A stretch of 63,955 nt of DNA, filler included, from Octopus bimaculoides (GCF_001194135.2; 5 parts of 5 records of this genome joined end to end with filler, not necessarily neighbours in it); one strand, 5' to 3'. Shown: positions 26,786 through 37,510, numbered from the whole stretch's first letter. Notes: generated from the sequence alone by a model not told the origin. Made by a program: numbers and translations.

Positions 26786-27115
26786 ACAATTGCAGCGTGG
26801 AACGTGTGTATGAGCCATTTAAAACACACAAAAACTGTTTGATTCACTTCAACATTTAAATTTAATTTGTCGAAATATTTTCATCGCTTTGAAACCGCGA
26901 CTTGTTCACTGAGGTGAAGCATGGAATTTTGTCAGTGAACAGGTCGCGGGTTCAAAACGACGAAAATATTTTGACAAATTAAATTTAAATGTTGAAGTGA
27001 ATCTAACAGTTTTTATGTGTTTTTAAATGTCTTATACACACGTTCCACGCTGCAATTGTTTTTGTTTCAACACACGATCTCAGATCAGGTCGCTCTATAT
27101 GCAAGTACATCCTCT
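26786..27115. repeat. Fold-back repeat (arms 26786-26912 / 26932-27059) with unique extension; Penelope-like, carries hammerhead-like motifs
   Basis: ACAATTGCAGCGTGGAACGTGTGTAT..TTCACTTCAACATTTAAATTTAATTTGTC..TGTTCACTGA pairs with TCAGTGAACA..GACAAATTAAATTTAAATGTTGAAGTGAA..ATACACACGTTCCACGCTGCAATTGT. Confidence 0.9.
26928..26978 (+). ncRNA. Candidate minimal type-I hammerhead ribozyme, G3:C8 core variant
   Basis: Stem I TTTGTCA(26928-34)/TGACAAA(26972-78); core GTGAACA + extra G; stem II GTCG/CGAC; GAAA; palindromic stem III AATATT; H17=U. Structural reading only. Confidence 0.45.
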
Positions 27116-27188
27116 ATATATTTATGATTATATTTTAAATATTAATTTATATATATATATATAGTTTGTTCCTTGAATTGACTATATA

Positions 27189-28374
27189 TAGGGGTTGGAC
27201 AAAATAATGGAAACACCTTAAAATTTCAAACAAATTTATTTCAATATGGGGTAGGACCGCATGTGGCAGTAATTACAGTGTGAATTCTACGAGGTATGGA
27301 CACGTACAAAGTTTGAATTGAGGATATTGTCTCCTTACTTTTTTTTCTAAAATGTTCAATAATATTGAGTTCTGGTGACTGTGGTGGTCAGATAAGATGT
27401 TCAACTTCACTAGAATGTTCCTTGTGCCATTCCGTAACAACTTTAGCTGTGTAAATCGGTACATTATCATCCTGAAAGGTTGCATTTCCCTTCCCAAACA
27501 GTTCCGCAGACATAGGATGAATTTGATCAGATGAAATGCTTAAATAATTTTAACTATCAATTCTGCTGTGAAGGGAAAGCATTGGGCCGGCGGATTTCCA
27601 AGATATTCCCCCCCAAATCATCACATCTTCCTGCATGTTTAACAGTTGGAAGAAGACAGTCTGGGTGAGATGCTTCTTTTGGCTGTCTCTACGCGTATAC
27701 TCGGACGTATACTCAGAAATAAAGTAAAGGATGTCTCGTCCGAGAAAATAACATTCTTCCACTGTTCTAGGGACCAATTCTGCTTGTTTTTACTCCACTC
27801 TAAACACTTCGCAACGTTTGTTTTTGAAAGTAGCGGTTTTCTGATTGCAGCCCTCCCGTGAGATCCGGCTTTGTGCAGCTCCCGACGAACATTGTTTGTG
27901 GAAACTGGGTTCTCGAAGTGATCATTAAGCTCTGGAGTAATTTTGGGAGCTGTACTTTTGTGATCCTTTCTAACAATTCACGTAAGAGTCCGACGGTCCC
28001 TATCTGAAAGTTTTGGTTTTCTTTCGGAGTTTTGTTTCGACGAGGAGACTTTTCCCTCTTTCCCGAAGACTGTCATTACTTTCAAGACAGTACTTCTTGA
28101 TACACCAAATATTTCGGCTGTTTTCGTTACGCTAGCGCCTGCCATACGAGCACCAACAATTTGACCCCTTTGAAAGTCCGATAGATCTGTCATTTTAATT
28201 AATTTTAATTACTTTTTTCTGATGATATCTGAAAAGAAACAGCAATTTTCGCAAATCATATTAAGCAACATAAATAATAAATCAAAAAACAAAAATAAAC
28301 AAGCTTTTGAAGGTTTTATAGATATTTCAAAATTATGATGCCTAGGTGTTTCCATTATTTTGTCCAACCCCCTG
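27189..28374 (-). mobile_element. Tc1-family transposon, decayed transposase
   Basis: TIRs (C/T)AGGGG(G)TTGGACAAAATAATGGAAACACCT with TA flanks. Fragments MTDLSDFQRGQIVGARMAGASVTKTAEIFGVSRSTV (HTH), VMIWGGISWKSAGPM and PQSPELNIIEH (Tc1 WPxxSPDLNPIE region). Confidence 0.93.
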
Positions 28375-28589
28375 TATATACATATATAAATGTTATGTGT
28401 GCAGTGTAGGGCGCATATGTAACTTCGTTACATGTAACCATTTATTTTATTATAATCGAGCTTGAGAAAAGAATATGGTTTTTGTTTCAGATGATGGAAT
28501 TTAAAATTAGAATAGAAAGTATTTTTCCAAACTTGACAATTCCAAAATTAGAAGCAATAGTTTAAGGGATTTAATATTTTATTGGGAGA

Positions 28590-28795
28590 TCTGGCAGAAT
28601 CGTTAGTATGCCGGACGAAATGCTTATCGTTATTTCGTCCGCTGCTGTGTTCTGAGTTCAAATTCTGCCGAGGTCGACTTCGCCTTTTATCCTTTCGGGG
28701 TCGATAAATTAAGTATCAGTTGCGTACTGGGGTTGATGTAATCGACTATCCCCTTCCCCCAAATTTTTAGGCCTTGTGTCTATAATAGAAAGGAT
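28590..28795 (+). mobile_element. SINE type D with 15-bp TSD
   Basis: TSD TATTTTATTGGGAGA at 28575-28589 and 28796-28810; body CTGGCAGAATCGTTAG..GAGTTCAAATTCTGCCGAGGTCGAC. Confidence 0.92.
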
Positions 28796-28836
28796 TATTT
28801 TATTGGGAGAGGATAACTTCATAGAAAAGTAATATT

Positions 28837-29048
28837 GGTTTCAAATTTTGGCACAAGGCCAGCAAGTTCGAGGAAGGGGTCAGTCGATTAGATCGACCCC
28901 AGTACTCAACTGGTACTTATTTTATCGACTCCTAAAGAATAAAATGGCAAAGTCGACCTGGGCGGAATTTGAACTTAGAACGTCAAGACGAACGAAATGC
29001 CGCTAAGCATTTTGTCCGGCATGCTCATGATTCAGCCAGTTCACTGCC
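28837..29048 (-). mobile_element. SINE type D (inverted) with ~18-bp TSD
   Basis: TSD TCATAGA(AA/GG)AGTAATATT at 28819-28836 and 29049-29066. Confidence 0.92.
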
Positions 29049-29081
29049 TCATAGAGGAGTAATATTCACTGTGAAGGGAAG

Positions 29082-29272
29082 GATGCGAGCTGGCCGAATC
29101 GTTAGCACACCGGACAATATCTCCTTTATTCTTACGTTATGAGTTCAAATTCCGCCGGGGTCGACTTTACCTTTCATCCTTTCAGGGTCGTTAAAATAAC
29201 TCCTAGTTAAGCACTGGAACGTCTCAATTCCTCAGAATTACTGGCTTTGTACCAATATTTGAAACTAGTATT
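29082..29272 (+). mobile_element. SINE type D, internally deleted
   Basis: GCGAGCTGGCCGAATCGTTAGCAC..GAGTTCAAATTCCGCCGGGGTCGACTTTACCTTTCATCC. Confidence 0.88.
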
Positions 29273-29619
29273 AAATGTGAAACAAAGCATCAGCTACATC
29301 AAAAGGCAGAAATGGTGGTGCGTATATAATTAGTTCCAAGGACAAATAATTTAGTAGTAGAAAAATAGTTTTTGAGAAAATATGATTATAAAGGAGGGGG
29401 AGGTGGAAAATATTCATAATTGTGGTGGAAAAATTTCACCAACGAAAAGAAATTTTGCTCAAAATGTAAATGGATGGAAAGAATATGTGAAAATTACAAG
29501 AAAGCTAAAAAATATATGAACTACATAAACTGAATGTGTTATTTCGTGTTCAAACATTAATTATTTAAAAAAGCAATCAAAAATGAGAGCTATTTTGGAT
29601 GGGAATGGGGTGGGGAGGT

Positions 29620-29694
29620 AAATAGACGTTATAAACATGTATAAACATGTTATAGACGTTATAAAATAGACGTTATAAACATGTATAAACATGT
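29620..29694. repeat. Compound short duplication: two 31-bp units AAATAGACGTTATAAACATGTATAAACATGT separated by a partial unit
   Basis: Direct reading. Confidence 0.85.
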
Positions 29695-29704
29695 GAGACA
29701 AGTC

Positions 29705-31185
29705 GGCAGCTTTTATTTCATTATGCGTGTAAGCCGTAAGCAAGCTACTTTATTTCAATATTTTGCCATAAAGGCATAACATACAGGGGGCACTACAAAA
29801 CATGTGGGGATATATAGCAATTAGAAAATATATAAAAATAAAATATGATACGATGAGTGACGTGAAAATGAATATGAGAAAATAAAAAATTAAGGTTATG
29901 ATAACATGCATGATATCTGAAAATGAAAATATGAAGGGTGTGCTACTCACCCCTCACTGAGTAACACCACTCGCTGCCTCTGAGTCCTAATTCCTCTTTA
30001 GTCTCTAGTCTAGTCCTTCTGTTTCCGCTCTCGCTATCGTTCAATGAACACTCCTTCGTAACATTTTTCACCGGGGGAGGGTCTTCGAAATTCTGTGGTG
30101 TCTGCACTTTTTCTTTTTCTTTCTTCCTGTGGGGAAAGGGGATGGGGGTCTGGTGTCTCTATAGGGCGGGTGGGTCTGAGTGGTCTTGGCTGTGATGGAG
30201 TTGGACTGGGGTACCACATCACATTCAGTGTTCTTTCTTTTCTTCCTCTTCTTCCTTCTATTGTCTGTTACTATCCATTCTTCCTCCTTTCCTCTGTCTT
30301 TCTTTTCTTCCTCTCTTTTCTCCTCCGTCTCCACAACTGGTTCGTCTGTTGTTTCATTTATTGTTTTCTTCTGTAGAGGGCAGCGGGCTCTAGTGTGGCC
30401 CTTTTGGCCACATTTAAAACAACGTGGGACTCTGCCGTCAACCCACACTCTTAACATAATTTCTCCCACCATCACCGCCTCCGCCAGACTCTCTAACTGC
30501 TCCTCCTCCGCCTGCAGGATGAGATCCAGTGATTTTCCTCTCCAACTTCCGTTTCCGTAGTTGTAGGATAGCCACCTCCTCCTCACTTCCAACGGGGACG
30601 GCTGCCGCGACCCAATCCACTTCGATATCAGGTGGGATTGCTTCCACCCTTACCTTGGCAGTCTTTCTTCCCAGATATGTGGGCAGAAGCACCACCTCCT
30701 CCGTCCTTGCCGCTAGACTCGCCAGCTTCCTCGCCTCCTCCACTGTCCTAAACTAGATGACCACTGTCCCGTATTTACATCCTTTGCTTATATATATTAT
30801 TTGGTTCCATTGTCTCCTTAGCGCCTTCTCTATTATGTCCGCTTTCACCTGTTCAGCCTTTTTGTTCTTCAGCGAGTGCACCCTATAGGTGATAGTTTTC
30901 CTCTTCATTTGCTCCATGATTATTTTAGGTGGCGACAACTTCACGTCACCACCCACCTTCTGCGTCATTTTTCCATATTCCTTAAGTCCAGCCAGGTCTA
31001 CATCCTTTCTCTTCGCCTCCACCGCCTCAGAAAAACTTCTTGTCTCTCCAATATTCTGTCCATTCTTCTCACCGCCTTCACCAGCTCCTCCTCCGCTGAA
31101 AACAATTCAGACCCGCTAAAGTCTGAATACATTTTCGCTGCCAAGCAGCACATAAATCCTGTCCGACTCTCAAAAAAAACAAACC
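29705..31185 (-). mobile_element. Non-LTR retroelement (Tx1/L1-like) with ORF1 only, followed by a T-rich 3' region and two AATAAA
   Basis: ORF1 pseudogene 31132->30068, then ~360 nt non-coding, AATAAA (minus) at 29749-54 and 29712-17. No endonuclease or RT motifs seen. Confidence 0.7.
30068..31132 (-). pseudogene. Gag-like ORF1 (RRM-like region + CCHC knuckle), 2 frameshifts and 1 in-frame stop
   Basis: MYSDFSGSELFSAEEELVKAVRRM / RSFSEAVEAKRK..GTVVI*FRTVEEARKL..KVRVEAIPPDIEVDWV / VWVDGRVPRCFKCGQKGHTRARCP (CX2CX4HX4C), followed by a K/E-rich tail. Confidence 0.82.
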
Positions 31186-31253
31186 AGGAACTGAATCAAC
31201 GCATGCACAGTAACCGGAAGCGAGTTACTTACTACACAGCCATTCCTGCGCCT
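31186..31253 (-). mobile_element. SINE type B tRNA-like head (A box to B box only), abutting the ORF1 element 5' end
   Basis: Minus strand GGCGCAGGAATGGCTGTGTAGTAAG..GATTCAGTTCCTGG. Confidence 0.7.
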
Positions 31254-31638
31254 ATATATATATATATNNNNNNNNNNATATTCTGTGTATTCCCCTGTTC
31301 TCCTGTCTTACGACAACAGATGTATTTCTTCGATGCATCTTCTAAATACTTATATCCAATGTCGTTTTATTCTCTGCGCGCGCGTGTGTGTGTGTGTGTG
31401 TGTGTGTTCGTGTGGGTGTGGGGGTGTCTATGTGTGTGTGTGTGTGTGTGAGACAGAGAGAGAGGTTCAGACGACAGCAGAGGGCTGCTGAGTGAAACAC
31501 TATCGAATATGGCAGTGCCTGAGGGCAGAGCTTAAAAATAATTACTGGCTTCATCTAAACACGATGAACGAATGAATTGTAATTCGAAGGAAAACTATAT
31601 ACTTAAAGTGAGTATGTCCATATACATATATAAATATG

Positions 31639-31707
<69 letters not shown>

Positions 31708-31735
31708 NNNNNNNNNNATATATATATATATATAT

Positions 31736-31776
<41 letters not shown>

Positions 31777-31883
31777 TATACATACATATATGTATATATC
31801 TTTATGTATATACATATATATACAGAAATAGATAGATTGATACATACATACATAGATTATATATATACTTACATACAGGCACA

Positions 31884-31926
<43 letters not shown>

Positions 31927-32686
31927 GTATATATATATATATTTATGTAAGAGACCAAAGGTATATATTATATATATACATATATACATATACATACATA
32001 CATACAGATATATACATATATATATATATATGTATATTTAATGGATGTATATGTGTGTGTGCATTTGTGTGTGTGAGTGTGTGTGTATAAGGTAGTGTGT
32101 TTGGTATGATGACTTCAAAATGATGATGAATATTTATTACTTCTAAATTTAGAATAAATTCTTTGATATATCGAAGAATTAAGAAGTGCGGTCTCTTTCT
32201 TTCTCCTGCTCTCTCCTTTCTCTCTCTCCACACACATACACACACATACACGCACACACATCTATTTGTCTATGTTTGTATTTTTTCCTGTATGTATCTG
32301 TTCAAATTTCTCATTTAATAATTTAACATATCATTCTCAAATATTTCGTTTTCCTAATATAATTTACATCATATTTTATTCATTGTACAAAACTTTGTCT
32401 GTTTAGGCAGTATCTAAATTAATTTATTTATTTAGTATGTTGTCCAACATCGCATATCTATGATATATCATGATAATGTAATTTTATTTCAATTTGCACA
32501 AACGCAACAAAGTGCTCGACAGAGAGAGAGAGCAAGCCAAAGACTTTGTCAGGTGTTTTGGAACTAATCTCAGTCACTAATACACGACTGTGTTCAGGAA
32601 CAAAACACTTCACTTGCATATGGAAGATTTTGCTTCGGTGTAAAGAGGTACAGAATTAGACCCACGGCATTGTGTTGCGTGCGGCG

Positions 32687-33079
32687 GTTGTTGTTGTTGT
32701 TGTTGTTGGCACTCCGTCGCTTACGACATCGAGGGTTCCAGTTGATCCGATCAACGCAACAGCCTGCTCGTGAAATTAACGTGCAAGTGGTTGAGCACTC
32801 CACAGACACGTGTACCCTTAACGTAGTTCTCGGGAATATTCAGCGTGACACAGTGTGACAAGGTTGGCCCTTTGAAATATAGGTACAACAGAAACAGGAA
32901 GCAAGAGTGAAAGTTGTGGTGAAAGAGTACAGTAGGGTTCGCCACCATCCCCAGCCGGAGCCTCGTGAAGCTTTAGGTGTTTTCGCTCAATAAACACTCA
33001 CAGCGCCCGGTCTGGGAATCGAAACCGCGATCCTATGACCGCGAGTCCGCTTCCCTAACCACTGGGCCATTGCGCCTCC
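32687..33079 (-). mobile_element. SINE type A, full length, (AAC)n tail, TSD ~TGCGTGC(G/A)GCGG
   Basis: Head GGAGGCGCAATGGCCCAGTGG (A box) ..GGTTTCGATTCC (B box); flanking direct repeat on both sides. Confidence 0.95.
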
Positions 33080-33122
33080 ACTGCGTGCAGCGGTAGAGCA
33101 TGTACATCTACATATGTAATTA

Positions 33123-33340
33123 CGAGAGGGTTCTGAAAAGTTACTAGCTTTGTGTAAAAGAAAATACAGGAGAATCAGTTAATTACCATTGTATTCAACA
33201 CATTCCCCTTTCAGATTCACTCACTTATAATTGTTTCGGTCTTTCAGCTTTTCTAAGGTCTGTAAAAGAACTTGGAAGGTTGGGCCTTCAACCAGGCCTC
33301 TGTGGCCTCTTAAAGTCAGGGACTTCTCAGCACCACTTCG
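33123..33340. mobile_element. Mariner-type MITE (~218 bp), TA TSD
   Basis: TA-CGAGAGGGTTCTGAAAAGTTACTAGCTTT ... AAAGTCAGGGACTTCTCAGCACCACTTCG-TA imperfect TIRs. Confidence 0.75.
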
Positions 33341-33360
33341 TACATACATACATACATGCC

Positions 33361-33542
33361 TATAATCGTATTGGATTACTATGTAGTCTGTTAACCGGAT
33401 CCACTAGAGGAACTGTCTGTGATAGCCACAGGATTCCATGAGTCCATCCATATATTGCACAACAAATTTACATACATTCATACACATATGCATACATATA
33501 TGCATACATACATACATACATACATATATTTATTTATATATG

Positions 33543-33626
<84 letters not shown>

Positions 33627-33768
33627 CATGTATGCATGTATTTATGTATGTATGTATGTAAATTTGTAGTGCTAAATATGAATTCATGGAATCCTGTGGC
33701 TATCACTGAAAGCTCCTCTAGTGGATCCGGCTACCAGACTACATAATAAGCTAATGCAGTGGATTATA
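33361..33768. mobile_element. MITE-like element with ~110-bp inverted arms enclosing microsatellites
   Basis: ATGTAGTCTG..CCGGATCCACTAGAGG..GTGATAGCCACAGGATTCCATGA pairs with TCATGGAATCCTGTGGCTATCAC..CCTCTAGTGGATCCGG..CAGACTACAT. Confidence 0.8.
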
Positions 33769-33834
33769 ATGTAGAGTTCTATGTAGCTAAAATCCAGAAG
33801 TTCCAATCTATGAAATTATTTTACAAGGAGGATA

Positions 33835-34713
33835 TAAACCACTTGGTTCTGGATTCAGTCCCACTGCGCACCCCTTCAGTAAGTGTCTTCTACCATAGCG
33901 TCGAACCGACCAAAGCCCTGTGAGTTGGTTTGGTAGACGGAAACTGAAAGAAGCTCGTCGAATATATAGACAACTGACGAAGGTGTATACTCTTTATGTT
34001 GTATGTTTCGTTTCTCTGTTTGTTTTTTTCGTTGTTCGAAAAAAGTTCGTTTTCTAAGTTTTCGTTTTAATGTTTTCGTTTCTCATTGTGTTTAACGTTT
34101 TTTTAATGTCCTGTACCCATATATGCATGTATGTATACATATAGATGTAGGTATGTACATATTTGTATGGATATTTGCATATAATCATATATTATTTATA
34201 TTATATTATATATATATATATATATACACACACAGGGTGCAATGGATAAATTGTTGCTATGTTATTATTTTAATTTCGTGCATGCGCCTTGTTTCTTTTT
34301 GATTTTGTCGACGGCTCAGTATTGTAGGATCAGTTGGGCACCGCCAATGAGCCAATGAGAAAAACAGCACCATGACGAATTTGGAAACGATATACTGTAC
34401 TGCTTGCCATTCTCGCTAAAAGCAGCAATACGAACATCTCAGAGTGATTGGATATCAATCTGAGGACAGTGCAATCTGAGGACATGTACAGAGAGTGATA
34501 AAAATAAAACATTAAATTCACATTGCAGGAGTTTCGAAGTCGTCTGGAAGCTGTGGTTGAAGCCAATGGTGATTTTATTGAATAAATAAATCCTTTATTT
34601 AAGATATTTTCCCAATAATTTTGGTAAATATCTCTGTTAAAATGACTGCTATTTTCACTTTTGCGTAATTCAGACGACAATATATTCACCATACCCTGTA
34701 TATGTATAGATAC

Positions 34714-34747
<34 letters not shown>

Positions 34748-34920
34748 CTTTGTGTGTGTGTGCCTTTGTGTGTGTGTGCCTTTGTGTCTGTGGTTGTCCC
34801 CTAATCACTGCTTGACGACTGGTGGCGGAGTGATTACCTTTCCGTAATTTAGCAGTTCAGCAAAATACCGATAAATTGAGTGCCATGATAAAAAACATAA
34901 ACACTGGGGTCGATGTAATC
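33835..34920 (+). mobile_element. SINE type B split by insertions in its central microsatellite (head ~33835-33965, tail ~34760-34920)
   Basis: Head ..GGATTCAGTCCCACTGCG..GACCAAAGCC..GGTAGACGGAAACTGAAAGAAGCTCGTCG; tail GTGTCTGTGGTTGTCCCC..GCTTGACGACTGG..TTAGCAGTTC..CCGATA. Confidence 0.8.
34233..34698 (+). mobile_element. Internally deleted Tc1/mariner-superfamily (maT/DD37D-like) element
   Basis: CAGGGTG.. / ..TACCCTG-TA termini; C-terminal remnant CRSFRSRLEAVVEANGDFIE* at 34524-34585. Subfamily assignment from memory. Confidence 0.75.
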
Positions 34921-35164
34921 ATTATCCCCTTACCTCCAAATGTTCAGACCTTGTGTCTCTAGTAGAACGGATTGTTATTCTAAATTTTATCAACATAGTT
35001 ACAGTTTGCTGCATCGAAAACCTATCTTTTTAAAATTTCATTTAAAATGTGTATTTTTAAAGAAAGTTGTATAGAAATCTCACTCTGTGCCTCTTATCTT
35101 AACTATATCTCTTCTCTTTCTTTTGCTATTATCCCCACTCTCTATCTCTGTCTCTGTGTGTCTC

Positions 35165-35196
<32 letters not shown>

Positions 35197-36253
35197 CCTC
35201 TCTTTCTCTCTCCCTACAGAGTAGAGTTTTACTGGAGAATTCAAGCAACCAACATTTATATCGGCCATTATTATATTCTGTTTATACTAATTTCTCACCA
35301 TTGTACTCCACTCTCATTTTCAGAGTAGTTAACAATTGCGCTGTAATTTTCTTCTGTCTCAACCTAAAAAACATCTCCCAATCCACTGGAAATCGATCGT
35401 ATATTTCATCAGTTATATCCCTATTTCCTTGTTTGATATCAATTCATACCATTTGCTTACATGAGTTCTTTCCTCAGATCCAGTTCTCGGTTTTTCTACA
35501 TTATAGGAGCTAAAATTTCAAAGCTTTTAAAAATTACTTATTGAAATGTTTGTCTACTATGAAAGCAGGCTTGAGAAATCTATGCTTGTTTGTTGAAGGT
35601 TAAATCATATTTTCCCCCACTTTTTACATGTTAGGTCCAGAGGAAGGTACGGGCGCATAACATTTGCAGGTATTTTAAGACAAGGGAGTCTATATTATGT
35701 TCTGTTTAAATTGCTATCGTTCAATACATGCAGGAAGAACAGGAGTAAAGAGATCGTTCCCGATGGAGTAGACTTCCTGAGAAGAAAGAGCTGCGCATAA
35801 TTGTTAGTGTATTGTCGATGGGGTTGATCGCAGCCAGAATTGTAGGTGGTGGAAATATGAGCGAGTTGTACGTGGGGGATGCATATTATCTGGAAAGTAG
35901 ATCGTATTTACCAAGACCAAAAATTCAATTCACAATGAAATTCCTACTTCTTTTTAAATTGTCTTCCCTTTTCTTTGAGTATCGTTACCAAATGCCGATA
36001 GCTTTCACTTTACTCTCTACAGATGACAGGAAAACTTCTTTCTGTTGATTAAGACAACTTACGTGCGTTATTCTGTACATCAAAAACTACCTGTAATTAT
36101 ACAGGGAGTTTTAGATTGTTTCTCTTATTCACAAAATCTTACTGCGACATCTGAAGTTTCAATGAATAATGAAAATCAAAGCTGCCCGTATACATCTTCA
36201 GATAATGTTTGCCGTCTACTGCTACCCACCATATATATATATGTGTGTGTATA

Positions 36254-36286
<33 letters not shown>

Positions 36287-36429
36287 NNNNNNNNNNNNNN
36301 NNNNNNNNNNNNNNNNNNNNNNNNNNNNNNNNNNNNNNNNNNNNNNNNNNNNNNNNNNNNNNNNNNNNNNNNNNNNNNNNNNNNNNNNNNNNNNNNNNNN
36401 NNNNNNNNNNNNNNNNNNNNNNTATATAT

Positions 36430-36474
<45 letters not shown>

Positions 36475-36525
36475 CATACATACATACATACATACATACA
36501 AACATACATACATACATATATATAC

Positions 36526-36588
<63 letters not shown>

Positions 36589-37009
36589 TAGATATACATC
36601 CTTACATAAATACGTTAATCTCATATAGACTTAAGAAAAGAATTTGTTGTCTCTTTGAATTATTAACCTCGCGGAGCAATGGATGAGATCGGACACCTCA
36701 AAGGAAATGCTTCTATGAATCAAATCCCATTCCAATAGACGAGGCATACACTTCTCATACAAAAGAAGCAATTAGTAGAAGACATCTGAAAACAGCTAAA
36801 GACATAATCAACAAAAATTTAGCTACAATAGATTTAGTGAAGATAGGTATTACCTTGAAGTGAAATTTCTTTGAAGACGGTTTTATAGGCTTCGTAATAT
36901 TAACTCGGCGGACGGCACTGATTTGCAATACATAACAATATATGGGTGTGCCCGTGTGTGTGCGTATGCATTAACGTGTGTATAAATATATGTCTTTTAA
37001 TTTTTTTTA

Positions 37010-37510
37010 TTTGTTTCAGTCATTACATTGGTGTTAGGCTCGGCTGAGGTTAATGTTTTAAAGAATTTTTAGTCGAATGGCTCCATCCAGAGACATTGAG
37101 TTTTAACCCTATCACTTATTCTATCGGTCTCATTTCCTGAACCGATAGGTTACGGGAAAGTAAGGACATATAGATAGATAGATATACATACATTCATATA
37201 TATATATATATATATATANNNNNNNNNNNNNNNNNNNNNNNNNNNNNNNNNNNNNNNNNNNNTTAATTAATTAANNNNNNNNNNNNNNNNNNNNNNNNNN
37301 NNNNNNNNNNNNNNNNNNTCCATCAACGCGTGACGACCGGCGTTGGCGTGTTTACATCTTCATGACTTACCGTTTCAGTAAAAGAGAACAATAGAAAATG
37401 TATCAGGCTTAAAACAATTACTGAGGTCGATTCATTCGACTAAAAATTTTCAAGTTTGTTGTGCACCAGAATGGCTGCAGCCTCAAGACTAGGAAACCTA
37501 AAATATAAAA
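37010..37510. mobile_element. Two diverged SINE type B-like tails in opposite orientation flanking a gap
   Basis: 37010-37160 (-) TTTGTTTCAGTCAT..CACTTATTCTATCGGTCTC; 37320-37510 (+) GTGTTTACATC..GAGGTCGATTCATTCGACTAAA. Confidence 0.6.

Noticed and set aside
29915-29950. GG|GTGAGT..TTTTCATTTTCAG| donor/acceptor pair in the 3' region of the ORF1 element (minus)
   Set aside because: The enclosed segment is only ~34 nt, too short for a typical metazoan spliceosomal intron.
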